A stretch of DNA of 64,000 nucleotides from Bacilli bacterium (GTDB lineage Bacteria; Bacillota_I; Bacilli_A; RF39; UBA660): positions 658 to 64,657 of the forward strand of contig JAQVWT010000001.1 of the NCBI GenBank assembly GCA_028709545.1, in the 5' to 3' direction. Every line of letters starts with the position of its first letter. Position 1 is the first letter of the stretch. Shown piece by piece: positions 17,602 to 28,161 of the stretch. Position numbers and translations under genes: made by a program. Below the pieces are notes generated by a model that worked only from the letters and a program-made list of their open reading frames with translations, made no database searches and was not told the origin of the DNA.

Positions 17602-17654
17602 GGGTAATAAAAACGAGTAAATAAAATAATAATCACATAAGGGTGGTGGTATAA

Positions 17655-18008
17655 ATGGCTAAAAAGAAAAGGTTATATCCTAAAAAATTATATGATCAAA
17701 TTAAAACCGATCTATTAAATCAATTAGAGTTAAATGGGGTGGCCGGCAAACATTATGAAAATATGATTGAAGATTATATGCAGTTTTGGCACACCAAAAT
17801 GTTGTTGCAAGAAGATATTAAATTACGAGGAGTAAATGTCGAATACAATAATGGCGGTGGTCAAAGCGGCTTTAAAAGAAATGATAGTGTTACCGATTTA
17901 GTTAAAGTTAATTCCCAAATGTTAAAAATATTATCAGAGTTAAATTTAAAACCATCTAAGGAAGGTGGTAAGGATGACCCCAAACCAACCGAAGACGATT
18001 ATTATTAA
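17655..18008 (+). CDS. terS: terminase small subunit (P27-family-like)
   Basis: ~117 aa, immediately upstream of terL; MAKKKRLYPKKLYD...NNGGGQSGFKRNDSV pattern. Confidence 0.5.
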   Translation: MAKKKRLYPKKLYDQIKTDLLNQLELNGVAGKHYENMIEDYMQFWHTKMLLQEDIKLRGVNVEYNNGGGQSGFKRNDSVTDLVKVNSQMLKILSELNLKPSKEGGKDDPKPTEDDYY

Positions 18009-19671
18009 AGAAGTAGAAGAATACTTAAATTGGTGTTATGAAAATCCAAATAAAATAAATAAAAAAAGATGGTTGCTGATAAAAAATATAGTTGAACCTA
18101 CATTAAGGAGAGCTGATATTTTTTTTGATGAAGAAAAATATTATAAATGTATTGATTATTGTGAAAAATGGTATTATCCATTATTTCCGTATCAAAAATT
18201 TATATATGCTTTTGTTTTTATGTTTAAAAATAAAAATTTTTCTTTTGAAAATAAGATCCCATTATTTCATAAATTTATAATTGAAATGGGTCGAGGAAAT
18301 GGTAAAGATGGATTTATCGCTCCTTTATGTAATTTTTTGCAAACTCCGATGTACGGAATTAAAAATTATAATATTGATATAGTAGCAACTAGTGAAAGTC
18401 AATCTAAAGACACTTTTTTGGTAGTTCATGATATGATGACTTCTAATATTAAAAAAATGAAAAAACTATTCTATATAAGTTTAGAGTTGATAATGAACTT
18501 GTTTACAAAATCGAGATTAAGATACAATACTTCAAACGCAAAAACTAAGGACGGCAAAAAAGTTGGTGCTATAGTATTTAACGAATATCACGCTTATGAA
18601 AATTACGAACAAATATCAGTTTTTGAAAGTGCGGGAGGTAAAGTGCCTCATTTTAGGATATTTATAATAACTACTCAAGGTAACGTTCGAGAAGGTCCGT
18701 TAGATGATGAATTAGAATATTGTGCCTCTATATTAAACGGTGAAGATAACAATCTTGGGGTTTTTCCTTTTTTGTGCGAATTAGATGATCTTAAAGAAGT
18801 TGATAACCATGAGATGTGGGTAAAGGCTAACCCTAGTATAGAATATATGCCTAATTTACTTGAAGTTATTAAACAACAATATCAAGAGCAAAAAGAAAGG
18901 CCGCAAAAAAGATTTGAGTTTTTGACAAAAAGAATGAATGTTCCGTCAAGAGATGAAACTACTTGTGTAGCAAGTTGGGAAAATATTCTTGCCACCAACC
19001 AAGAAATTCCTGATTTAAAAGGAATGAGTTGTTTAGGGGGAATTGACTATGCAAGTATGAATGATTTTTGTGCTGTTGGTTTATTATTTAAGCAAAACGG
19101 CAAACGTTACTGGATGCATCATTCTTTCATTTGCAGCAACAGTATTCATTTAAAAATGGTAAATAAAAAATTAAAAATTGATTTAGCTGTTGAAAAAGGC
19201 TTAGCAACAATGGTCAATACAAATAGTATTAACCCAGAAGTAGTTGTTAGTTGGTTTGTTCAGCAATCCAAAAAATATAATATTTTAAAAATTGCTTGCG
19301 ATGATTACCGATTTGCATTATTAAAAGAAGCTTTTGAAAAAGAAGGATTTTATGAAAAATGTAAAAAATACCCTAATGGAAGAATAATAGTTGTTAGGAG
19401 TGGACCTATTACTCATAATCGAGTAGCTACTATTATTGATGATATGTTTTATAATCAAACTTTAGTTTATGGTGATGATATGTTGATGCGCTGGTACACA
19501 AATAATACTGCTGTTAAAGTTGACGGTAAGGGAAATAAAACATATGAAAAAATAGAATATCAAACAAGAAAAAATGATGGTTTCATGGCATTAGTTCATG
19601 TTATGAGTATAGATAAAGAATTACCAACTATAAAAAGTAGTGGGAAATTAATGAGGCCTATAATAGGCTAG
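17974..19671 (+). CDS. terL: terminase large subunit
   Basis: ~565 aa; ATPase N-domain then nuclease domain; position between terS and portal; start set at the ATG with RBS GAAGGTGG (track GTG at 17965). Confidence 0.75.
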   Translation: MTPNQPKTIIIKEVEEYLNWCYENPNKINKKRWLLIKNIVEPTLRRADIFFDEEKYYKCIDYCEKWYYPLFPYQKFIYAFVFMFKNKNFSFENKIPLFHKFIIEMGRGNGKDGFIAPLCNFLQTPMYGIKNYNIDIVATSESQSKDTFLVVHDMMTSNIKKMKKLFYISLELIMNLFTKSRLRYNTSNAKTKDGKKVGAIVFNEYHAYENYEQISVFESAGGKVPHFRIFIITTQGNVREGPLDDELEYCASILNGEDNNLGVFPFLCELDDLKEVDNHEMWVKANPSIEYMPNLLEVIKQQYQEQKERPQKRFEFLTKRMNVPSRDETTCVASWENILATNQEIPDLKGMSCLGGIDYASMNDFCAVGLLFKQNGKRYWMHHSFICSNSIHLKMVNKKLKIDLAVEKGLATMVNTNSINPEVVVSWFVQQSKKYNILKIACDDYRFALLKEAFEKEGFYEKCKKYPNGRIIVVRSGPITHNRVATIIDDMFYNQTLVYGDDMLMRWYTNNTAVKVDGKGNKTYEKIEYQTRKNDGFMALVHVMSIDKELPTIKSSGKLMRPIIG

Positions 19672-19681
19672 AAAGGATAAA

Positions 19682-20839
19682 ATGAATATAATAGATTGGA
19701 TAAAATGGGCTTTTGGAAAAAAGGATTCCATAACATTAAATAGTTGTGGTTTTGGGGAGATAGCAACAGAAATAGCTTATAAAGAAGTTGCACTGAATAA
19801 AGTTGTTAATATGATTGCCAATTCTTTATGTAATTGTGAATTCAAAACATTTAAAGAAAACAATACAATAAAAGAAAATAATTATTACTCTTTTAATATC
19901 GAACCAAACCCAAATCAAAACGCTAGTGAGTTCAGACAAAAGCTAATATATCAGTTAATTACAGAAAATGAATGTTTAATAATTCAAGATAATGAAAATT
20001 TTTATGTAGCAGATAGCTTTGAAAAAGATATTAAGACACTTAAAAAAAGTGCCTTTTATAATGTGAAAATTGATGATTTAATAATGAAAAAAAGTTATTC
20101 ATCAAGCGATGTTCTTTATTTGACATTAAATAATAAGGCTATGAGTGAATACGTGACTAATTTGTATAGCTCTTATGGAGCACTCATTAGTAAAGGTGTA
20201 GATGATTATAAGAAAAAAAATGGAACAAAAGGGAAGTTAGATATTTCTTCAATTTTTAGTCAAAATTTTAATGATGAAGATGGAGAATCTGACCAAGAAA
20301 AAATGCAAAAATATATATCAAAAACATTTAAGACTTATTTCACAGCAGTTAATGCTGTTTTACCATTAGAGGAGGGTTTAGATTTCACTCAATTTGAAAA
20401 TAAAATTGATATTACAATTGATGAAATTAATAAAGGAATTGACAGTGCGTTCAATTATATAGCAAGTGCTTTCGGACTTCCAGAAGGATTTTTTAGAGGG
20501 AACTTGGCGGAAATAACTGAACAACGCAACGACTTTTTAAGTTTCGTTGTAAAACCAATTGCAAAACTTATTGAGAGAGAGATAAACAGAAAGTTATACG
20601 GTAAAGAATTATATTTAAAAGGCTCATTTTTGAAAGTAGATACTAACAGAATTAAGCAAGTTAATATATTTGATGATGCTGGAAGCTTAGACGTATTAAC
20701 TAGGATAGGTTATTCTCATAACGATTTACAAGAATTATTAGAAGAACCGATAGTTAATGCAGCATGGGCTAACAAGCATTACATTACCAAAAACTATATG
20801 GACACTCAGGAAGGTGGTGATAATAATGGTAAAAAATAA
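19682..20839 (+). CDS. portal protein (HK97-family-like)
   Basis: 385 aa directly after terL and before the ClpP-like protease. Confidence 0.7.
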   Translation: MNIIDWIKWAFGKKDSITLNSCGFGEIATEIAYKEVALNKVVNMIANSLCNCEFKTFKENNTIKENNYYSFNIEPNPNQNASEFRQKLIYQLITENECLIIQDNENFYVADSFEKDIKTLKKSAFYNVKIDDLIMKKSYSSSDVLYLTLNNKAMSEYVTNLYSSYGALISKGVDDYKKKNGTKGKLDISSIFSQNFNDEDGESDQEKMQKYISKTFKTYFTAVNAVLPLEEGLDFTQFENKIDITIDEINKGIDSAFNYIASAFGLPEGFFRGNLAEITEQRNDFLSFVVKPIAKLIEREINRKLYGKELYLKGSFLKVDTNRIKQVNIFDDAGSLDVLTRIGYSHNDLQELLEEPIVNAAWANKHYITKNYMDTQEGGDNNGKK

Positions 20840-21647
20840 GTTTATGCAACTTTTGAATCAAGATGAACAGAGCATTGATTTATATATCTATGGCGATATT
20901 GTAAGTTACGCTTGGTGGGAAGATGATGTTGATGCAAATACAATTAAAAACCAAATCAAAGATTTAGAAGTTGAATCAATTAATGTACACATTAATAGTT
21001 ATGGCGGAGATGTTTTTACTGGAATTGCTATATATAATATGTTGCGATCTCATAAAGCAAAAATAAATGTATATATTGATTCTTGTGCTTGCTCAATAGC
21101 AAGTGTTATTGCAATGGCTGGGGATAAAATCTATATGCCAAAAAACACTCTAATGATGATTCATAATTGTTGGACTTGGGCGGTAGGTAATTCAAAAGAA
21201 TTAAGAAAAACAGCCGATGATATGGACACAATAATGAACGCAAGCATTGAGAGTTATTTAGCTAAAGTAAACATTGATCGTGAAAAATTAGTTGAACTAT
21301 TAGACACTGAAACTTGGCTTACTGCTGAAGAGTGTGTTGAAATGGGTTTTGCTGATGAAGTAATATCATTAAAAGAAGAAGAAGGTATCAATCAAAGAGC
21401 GATACTTTTTAATTTAGTTCAGAAAACTAAAAAACCTGTTAATGAAAAATCAACAGAAGAAATAGTAGAAGAATTAAAACTTCTAATTAAGCAAGAAACT
21501 GCAAAAAATGAAATAAGTGAAGTTTCAGAAGATGAAGAAGTCGAAGAAGAAACAAACAATGAAGAAGTTGAAAATGATTCAACTCAAAAAACGGAAGAAA
21601 GCCTTATAGGGGCTTTTTTAAATTACATCAGAAAAGGAGAGATATAA
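20826..21647 (+). CDS. ClpP-family prohead protease
   Basis: YIYGDIV...INSYGGDVFTGIAIYNML...DSCACSIASVIAMAGDK...MMIHNCW is the ClpP/S14 pattern; acidic C-tail; start at the ATG with RBS AAGGTGGTGA. Confidence 0.75.
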   Translation: MVKNKFMQLLNQDEQSIDLYIYGDIVSYAWWEDDVDANTIKNQIKDLEVESINVHINSYGGDVFTGIAIYNMLRSHKAKINVYIDSCACSIASVIAMAGDKIYMPKNTLMMIHNCWTWAVGNSKELRKTADDMDTIMNASIESYLAKVNIDREKLVELLDTETWLTAEECVEMGFADEVISLKEEEGINQRAILFNLVQKTKKPVNEKSTEEIVEELKLLIKQETAKNEISEVSEDEEVEEETNNEEVENDSTQKTEESLIGAFLNYIRKGEI

Positions 21648-21648
21648 T

Positions 21649-22755
21649 ATGAAAAATTTAGATGTAAACTTAAAAGAAAAAGCATTAGAAGCTATTAAAA
21701 GTGGAAATGCAGAGGAACAAGCGGAAGTAATTAACCAATACTTCGAAACGATAGCTAAAGAAATCGATGCAAAATTCGAGGGGTTAGAAAATGAAACAGA
21801 TTCAAAAATATTAGAAAGTAGAGGGTTTAGAACTTTAACTAAAGTAGAAAATAGTTATTATGAAAAACTTTCAAATGCAATTAAAACTCAACAAGCACTA
21901 TCAGATGTTGAAAATGTAATGCCTAGAACAGTAATTAATTCAGTATTTGAAGATTTAGAAAATAATCATCCTTTACTAAGCGAAATTGATTTTGTAAACG
22001 TAACTGGAATGACTGAATTCCTAGTTCGTAATGGCGATGTGGCAGCAGCATGGTGGGGATCATTATGTGGAGAAATAGAAAAAGAATTAGCAACAGCATT
22101 TAAGAAAGAAACAGTTAATACTTATAAACTAAGTGCGTTTTTACCAGTATGTAAAGCACATTTAGATTTAGGTCCAGTGTGGCTAGATGCGTTTGTCAGA
22201 AGATTTTTATCAGAAGCAATCGCTCAAGGATTAGAAAAAGCAATTATAACTGGGACAGGCTCTGACCAACCAATTGGTATGGATAGAAATTTAGCTGGTT
22301 CAGTAGTGGAAGGAGTATATCCTCAAAAAACTGCTGTTGAAATAGAAGATTTTAAACCTACAACTGTAGGAAATCTAATTGCTAATTTAACAAACAATGG
22401 TAAAAGAACTATTACTAATGTAATTATGGTAGTTAATCCAGTTGATTATTTTGCTAGAATTATGCCAAATGTGCTATATCAAAATGCAAATGGAGTATAT
22501 GTAACTAGCTTACCATTCCCAATTAAATTTATCCAAAGCGCTGAAATCGCACAGGGTGAAGCTATTTTCGGATTAGGAAAAAGATATTTCTTAGGATTAG
22601 GTTCAACTCAAAAAATAGAAAAATCAGACGAATATCATTTTTTAGAAGATGAAAGAGTTTATCTAGGGAAACTTTACGGAACTGGTAAAGCAAAAGATAA
22701 CAGTTCATTCTTACGTTTAGATATAACTAAACTAGGTGAGATAGAATCAATCTAA
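21649..22755 (+). CDS. major capsid protein (HK97-fold)
   Basis: 368 aa immediately after the prohead protease. Confidence 0.65.
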   Translation: MKNLDVNLKEKALEAIKSGNAEEQAEVINQYFETIAKEIDAKFEGLENETDSKILESRGFRTLTKVENSYYEKLSNAIKTQQALSDVENVMPRTVINSVFEDLENNHPLLSEIDFVNVTGMTEFLVRNGDVAAAWWGSLCGEIEKELATAFKKETVNTYKLSAFLPVCKAHLDLGPVWLDAFVRRFLSEAIAQGLEKAIITGTGSDQPIGMDRNLAGSVVEGVYPQKTAVEIEDFKPTTVGNLIANLTNNGKRTITNVIMVVNPVDYFARIMPNVLYQNANGVYVTSLPFPIKFIQSAEIAQGEAIFGLGKRYFLGLGSTQKIEKSDEYHFLEDERVYLGKLYGTGKAKDNSSFLRLDITKLGEIESI

Positions 22756-22774
22756 TTGAAAGGAGTGATTTATA

Positions 22775-23062
22775 ATGCTAGAAGAAGTTAAACAATACCT
22801 AGCTATCACTTGGGACGAAGAAGTTACTGATTTCAATGTCCAAAATTCAATAGAAGAAGGGAAGAGCTACCTGGAAGAAATTGTAGGTAGTTCTATCAAC
22901 TTCGAAATTGATAAGTCTGCTAGAGGCTTACTAAAAGATTATTGTAGATATGTCCGAAATCATTCTTTAGAATATTTTGAAACGAATTTTAGAAGTAATT
23001 TGATAAGGTTTCAATTAAAATATGTTAATGAAAAAAGAAAAACTGAAACACCCAGTATATAA
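22775..23062 (+). CDS. head-tail connector (gp6-like)
   Basis: ~95 aa, first gene after the capsid gene. Confidence 0.45.
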   Translation: MLEEVKQYLAITWDEEVTDFNVQNSIEEGKSYLEEIVGSSINFEIDKSARGLLKDYCRYVRNHSLEYFETNFRSNLIRFQLKYVNEKRKTETPSI

Positions 23063-23357
23063 CGATGGAGTGTTAGAAGTCGGACAGATAACACCTAAGT
23101 ACGATAAAACCAATAAAAAAATAGGCGAGGACTTTATTAAAGAAGAAATTTTAATGTTTAGTGAGCTATCAAAAAGAGATGAAGATTATAACTTAGCTAA
23201 TTCTTTAGGTTATGTTTTAGATGTAAAACTAAAAGTACCTCGTAGGAAAATATCTAGCAAAAATAAAATAAAAATTAAAGATACAATATACGATATTTAT
23301 AAAATTGATAATGATAATTTTAATACTTATTTATATTTACAGGTGGTGGAAAAATGA
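23022..23357 (+). CDS. head closure / head-tail adaptor
   Basis: Synteny. Confidence 0.4.
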   Translation: MLMKKEKLKHPVYNDGVLEVGQITPKYDKTNKKIGEDFIKEEILMFSELSKRDEDYNLANSLGYVLDVKLKVPRRKISSKNKIKIKDTIYDIYKIDNDNFNTYLYLQVVEK

Positions 23358-23713
23358 TAACCAACGAAAAAATAAAACTTGCATTAGAAGAATTGGGGAA
23401 ACCCGTTTTTTACGGCATAGTATTTGAAGATGAAGTAAATGACTTTAATTATTTTTTATATGGAGAAGCATCAATAAAAAAAATAGATTGTAAATATTAT
23501 CAAGATATTGAAATTATTTATGTTTCTGAAAACATTTCTAATTTAAATTTTTATGAAATTGATATTATCGAAAAAATGGAATCAATAGGATTAAAATTTA
23601 AAGGAGATGGAGCATACGATCGCATCCAAAAATCAAAAACGAATGCGTGGGTAGATACTTTAACTTTAACTTTTTCTAGACCGATAAGGAAAAATAATGA
23701 AAGCAGTATTTAA
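23354..23713 (+). CDS. tail-completion / neck protein
   Basis: Synteny; overlapping starts. Confidence 0.35.
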   Translation: MITNEKIKLALEELGKPVFYGIVFEDEVNDFNYFLYGEASIKKIDCKYYQDIEIIYVSENISNLNFYEIDIIEKMESIGLKFKGDGAYDRIQKSKTNAWVDTLTLTFSRPIRKNNESSI

Positions 23714-24116
23714 ACTAGAGGGGTTAGATAACTATATAAAATTAGAACAACAAATAAAAAAATTGCCTAATGTCGCAGAAAATGTAATAAATGATTATAT
23801 GCATAATACTGCTATGCCTAAAGCTATATCTAGCATTAAGGAAGAATTGCCAGTTAGTAATAGGAAACATTCTAAAGGTTTACCTAAAACAAAAGCAAAA
23901 TATGGCGATAGTATAAAAGGAACTGGTAATAATTTAGGTTTCATGGTTATGTCGACAAGAAAATATCAATATTTAACGTTCCCAGCTTTAGGAGTTGGAA
24001 CATCGAGAAAAGACAAGCCTAATGATTTTATGAATCGGGGCTTAAATAAAATTGTATCAAAAACAATAATGGACTTAGAAGAAAAACTATCAAAGAAAAT
24101 GGAGGAGATATTATGA
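23697..24116 (+). CDS. tail terminator-like protein
   Basis: Synteny. Confidence 0.35.
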   Translation: MKAVFKLEGLDNYIKLEQQIKKLPNVAENVINDYMHNTAMPKAISSIKEELPVSNRKHSKGLPKTKAKYGDSIKGTGNNLGFMVMSTRKYQYLTFPALGVGTSRKDKPNDFMNRGLNKIVSKTIMDLEEKLSKKMEEIL

Positions 24117-24697
24117 TAGAACAATTTGAAGATTTTAACATTGAAGAAGCATCAGTTCAAGAACTTGATTCTAATAATGAAACAACAGGAACTGGTGAAG
24201 AATTTGGTTGTGTTGGAACATTGTCAATTGAACCAGAATTGCAACAAGTAGTTAAAAATTGTGGAATTACTCAATTAAAATCTGTAACAAAAACAGCATA
24301 TTTAAATGTTACTATAGCAGGTCATATTAATAGAAGTGTAGCTAATCAGCTATTTGGTTTAACCAGTGATGGTTTAATCACCGGAGTTAAAGCATTAGAT
24401 AAAAATGCAGTATCAAAAGCTATGTGTTTTACAGCTAAAGTATATAACATGGACCGCTCAGAATTTAAATATATAGCTTTACCAATAATACAAAATATTA
24501 GTGGTTTTGTAAAAGAAATAGACAATGCTGCCACTGAAGTTGCTTATGTCGAATTAGAATTTAATGCATTATTTGATAAAAATAATAAAGCATATTATGA
24601 AGCGATAGATACTGAATTAACAGATGAAGTTGCAAAATCGAAGTGGATGAAAGAATTTAAACCTGATTTAGTTAAAATAGGTGGAGAATCTGTATAA
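24113..24697 (+). CDS. major tail protein
   Basis: 194 aa immediately upstream of the chaperone/TMP pair; followed by a terminator. Confidence 0.5.
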   Translation: MIEQFEDFNIEEASVQELDSNNETTGTGEEFGCVGTLSIEPELQQVVKNCGITQLKSVTKTAYLNVTIAGHINRSVANQLFGLTSDGLITGVKALDKNAVSKAMCFTAKVYNMDRSEFKYIALPIIQNISGFVKEIDNAATEVAYVELEFNALFDKNNKAYYEAIDTELTDEVAKSKWMKEFKPDLVKIGGESV

Positions 24698-24703
24698 ATA
24701 AAA

Positions 24704-24732
24704 AGCCGATGAAATATTCGGCTTTTTATTTT
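24704..24732 (+). terminator. rho-independent terminator (partial, after the major tail gene)
   Basis: aagccgat-gaaatat-tcggctt hairpin followed by T-run. Confidence 0.55.
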
Positions 24733-24764
24733 ATATAAAAAAATATTTTAAGGAGAAATTTTAA

Positions 24765-25085
24765 ATGGAAAAATTAAAATTAAAAAATGGAAAAGAAGTC
24801 AAATTAGAAATCACTTATGGCAATCTTTTTAAATTTAATCGTGAAAGAAGCGATGTCGCTAGAAGTGACTTAGTTGCTTTAATAACGGAAAAAGAATTAC
24901 AAAGAAAAACTGCGACAATTGAACAAGAAAGCATTCTTCAATTAATATATGTTGCGTATTTGGGCGGGAAAAATGAAGATCCTATAATGTCGCTAGAAGA
25001 ATTTTATGATTCAATCTCTTTTGATTTTAAAAGAGACATGAAATTGTTTGCAAAACTAACAGATAATAAAAACGAAAAAAACTAG
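24765..25085 (+). CDS. tail assembly chaperone (gpG-like)
   Basis: ~106 aa directly upstream of the tape measure gene; ends in slippery A_AAA_AAC. Confidence 0.6.
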   Translation: MEKLKLKNGKEVKLEITYGNLFKFNRERSDVARSDLVALITEKELQRKTATIEQESILQLIYVAYLGGKNEDPIMSLEEFYDSISFDFKRDMKLFAKLTDNKNEKN

Positions 25086-25308
25086 CTTTCCAAAAATCGT
25101 TAAGTCTAGCTACGAAAAAAAGTACAAAAAGAAAGTATAAAAGAGCTAATTATCAAATAAAAACATTAGCTGATGTTTTTACTCTTTATGTTTTAGTTGC
25201 TGGTATCCCAGAGCAAACTTTTTGGAATACGGATGTCAGATTTTTGGAACTATTATATATAAACAAATTAAGCTGGGATGCTTATATTAAAAATCCTAGA
25301 GAGGGGTA
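25076..25308 (+). CDS. -1 frameshift extension of the chaperone (gpGT-like fusion, ~75 extra aa)
   Basis: Heptamer A AAA AAC at 25076..25082 in the chaperone zero frame; the -1 frame is open from 25082 to the TAG at 25306..25308, 5 nt before the TMP start. Confidence 0.55.
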
Positions 25309-25312
25309 GATT

Positions 25313-27466
25313 ATGGCAAAGAAAAAGGGAATAGATTTAAGTTTTTCGATTGCTGAAAGTGAAGCTTTAACTTCAATAAGAAATTTAACATCGCAAGTCA
25401 CAACTATGAATAAAGAACTTAATTTAACCAATACTGTGCTAAGGAGTGATAGTGCTTCAATTGATACTTATAAAAACAAATTAGATGTTCTATCAAGAGA
25501 AAAAGAAGTGTTAAGTAATAGAGTTAGAGTTGCAAACGACACTTTAGAAAAAGCTAAATCTACTTATGGAGAAAACTCTACAGAAGTTCAAAAATGGCAA
25601 AATCGTTTACTTGATGCCCAAATTGCACAACAAAAAGTTGAAAATCAGATTGAAGATACAACTAAAGCAATTGATGAGTATGGGAAGGAAACTGTAGAAG
25701 CTTCTGAAAAAACATCAATATTTGGAGATGTTTTAAAAGCTAATTTAGCAAGTGATTTAATAATGAGCGGTGTTAAATCAATAGTTAATGGGGTTAAAGC
25801 TATTGGAAAAGTGGTTGGCGATGTTATTGGTGATAGCATAAAAGCGTATGCAGATTATGAACAATTAATTGGTGGCGTTGAAACTTTATTTAAAGATAGT
25901 GCTGATATAGTAAGCGCTAATGCTCAGCAAGCGTATAGAACAGCCGGAGTGTCTGCTAATAAGTATATGGAACAAGCAACAAGTTTTAGTGCTACATTAC
26001 TTCAAGGATTAGATGGTGATACTGCTCAAGCAGCTAAATATGCTGATTTAGCAATAACAGATATGGCAGATAATGCTAATAAAATGGGAACAGATATCTC
26101 TTCAATCCAAAATGCTTATCAAGGCTTTGCTAAAGACAACTATACAATGCTAGATAACCTTAAGCTTGGATATGGGGGAACTGCTGGGGAAATGGCTCGA
26201 CTGATTAATGATAGTGGAGTAATGGGCGATAGTTTTAAAGCTACAGCGCAAAATGTTAAAGAGATCCCTTTTAATAAAATGATTCAAGCAATTCATGATA
26301 CACAAGTTGAAATGGATATTACTGGAACAACAGCTAAAGAGGCAAGCGAAACAATTAGTGGAAGCCTTAATTCAGTTAAAGCTTCTTGGGAAAACGTTTT
26401 ATCTGCGTTAGCTAGTGGGAACGATGAGATGTTAACTGATTCCATTGACGGAATTTTAGAAGGAATAGGGAATTTGGTAACAAATGTGGTAGCAATATTG
26501 CCTAATATTATAGAAGGTTTAGGGAAACTTGTTGAGGGAGTAATTTCACAATTACCGTCATTAATTAAAAAAATATTACCTACATTATTAAATACTGTAA
26601 AATCATTGATTAACACTTTAATAACAATTCTTCCAGAACTGATACCAGTGGTAATTGAAATGATGAATTATCTAGTGAAAATAATACTTGAAAATTTACC
26701 ATTAATTCTCGAAGCTGGTATTCAGATTTTGTTATCTTTAATTGAAGGAATAGCAGATGCATTACCCGATTTAATACCCGCAATAGTAGAGGCTATATTA
26801 CTAATCGTGGATACATTGCTTAATAATATAGATTTAATAATAACAGCCGGAGTTGACATTTTAGTCGGATTAATAACAGGGATTATCTATGCAATTCCTA
26901 AACTAATTCAGTATGTTCCTCAAATCATAATTAAACTGGTTTCTGTTTTGATCAGTCAAGTACCTAGACTTTTAACGGTAGGGGTAGAAATAATTGCTAA
27001 AGTAATAGCTGGAATTGTTGGGAATATAGGAAAAATGTGGACAATTGGGAAAGATATGGTTGCAGGAATATGGGAAGGAATATCTAACTCATTCACTTGG
27101 ATTAAAAATAAAATTAGTGGTTGGATAGGAAATGTTACTAGTTTTATTAAAAAATTATTTGGAATAAAATCCCCATCTACTTTAATGAAAAATGAAGTTG
27201 GGCTAAACCTCGGATTAGGAGTAGCAGAAGGAATAACTGATTCAGTTGGGGCAGTTAATTCAGCTATGAGTGGACTGCAAGATTCTGTTATATCACAAGT
27301 TGAACCTTCAATTAATATTGGTGATGCAACTGCAGATGGTATTGAATTAGGAGTTGGCCGTCCGCTATACATTCAAATTGCGGAATTTAACAATAACAGA
27401 GAACAAGATATTGAAACCTTAGCTGAAGAACTCGCTTATTATTTAAATCAAAAGGAGTTGTCTTAA
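25313..27466 (+). CDS. tail tape measure protein
   Basis: 717 aa; coiled-coil N-part and long hydrophobic/Gly-rich repeats. Confidence 0.8.
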   Translation: MAKKKGIDLSFSIAESEALTSIRNLTSQVTTMNKELNLTNTVLRSDSASIDTYKNKLDVLSREKEVLSNRVRVANDTLEKAKSTYGENSTEVQKWQNRLLDAQIAQQKVENQIEDTTKAIDEYGKETVEASEKTSIFGDVLKANLASDLIMSGVKSIVNGVKAIGKVVGDVIGDSIKAYADYEQLIGGVETLFKDSADIVSANAQQAYRTAGVSANKYMEQATSFSATLLQGLDGDTAQAAKYADLAITDMADNANKMGTDISSIQNAYQGFAKDNYTMLDNLKLGYGGTAGEMARLINDSGVMGDSFKATAQNVKEIPFNKMIQAIHDTQVEMDITGTTAKEASETISGSLNSVKASWENVLSALASGNDEMLTDSIDGILEGIGNLVTNVVAILPNIIEGLGKLVEGVISQLPSLIKKILPTLLNTVKSLINTLITILPELIPVVIEMMNYLVKIILENLPLILEAGIQILLSLIEGIADALPDLIPAIVEAILLIVDTLLNNIDLIITAGVDILVGLITGIIYAIPKLIQYVPQIIIKLVSVLISQVPRLLTVGVEIIAKVIAGIVGNIGKMWTIGKDMVAGIWEGISNSFTWIKNKISGWIGNVTSFIKKLFGIKSPSTLMKNEVGLNLGLGVAEGITDSVGAVNSAMSGLQDSVISQVEPSINIGDATADGIELGVGRPLYIQIAEFNNNREQDIETLAEELAYYLNQKELS

Positions 27467-28161
27467 TGGAAAATTATTTTTATATAAACGATGTAGATAG
27501 TAGAACAGTAGGGGTGAAATGTGGAACATTTCCTCCTATTATTTTCCCGAAAAAGAGAATTGAAACAATTATTATTGAAGGAAGAGATGGAACTTTACAT
27601 CAAACTGATAATTGTTATGATAGCTATGTTTGGTCTATAGAGTGTTACTCGGAAGATATAGATATTGAAAAAATAGAGTTGTTTTTAAGAAATGCTAAAA
27701 CTTTAAGATTAAGCAGTAATCCTGAAAAAGTCTACGATATTACGATTAAAAATCAAATTGATTTAAATATTATCGCAGAATATTGGAGAAATTTTATTAT
27801 TACTTTTGAAATTCAGCCGATAGTCAAAAGTTTAACAGAGCAAATAGTTGATATAGAAGAGACATCAATTGAAATAGTAGTAGGTGGAACATTTGAAACC
27901 AAACCAACAATAGAATTAACGGGCTCAGGAGATTTTACAATATCAATAAACAGTAATAACATTATAATTGGAAATTTAAACGAAGAAACAATCGTAATAG
28001 ATACTGATTTAAGGCTAGCAGTAATTGATAATGTCAATGCTATGAATAAAATTAATGCTAATTTTAATAATATAAAATTAAAGGTTGGCATAAATACAAT
28101 AGCTATAGTTGGAGAATACGAAAATTTTAAAATTAAATATAAGAGGTGTTATTTATGTTAA
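27466..28161 (+). CDS. distal tail protein (Dit)
   Basis: 231 aa immediately after TMP. Confidence 0.5.
   Translation: MENYFYINDVDSRTVGVKCGTFPPIIFPKKRIETIIIEGRDGTLHQTDNCYDSYVWSIECYSEDIDIEKIELFLRNAKTLRLSSNPEKVYDITIKNQIDLNIIAEYWRNFIITFEIQPIVKSLTEQIVDIEETSIEIVVGGTFETKPTIELTGSGDFTISINSNNIIIGNLNEETIVIDTDLRLAVIDNVNAMNKINANFNNIKLKVGINTIAIVGEYENFKIKYKRCYLC

Noticed and set aside
25645-27372. Several minus-strand ORFs (25645..25839, 26293..26616, 26956..27372) within the tape measure gene
   Set aside because: They are antisense to a 717-aa gene with clear TMP features, and have P/S/T-rich compositions typical of shadow ORFs.
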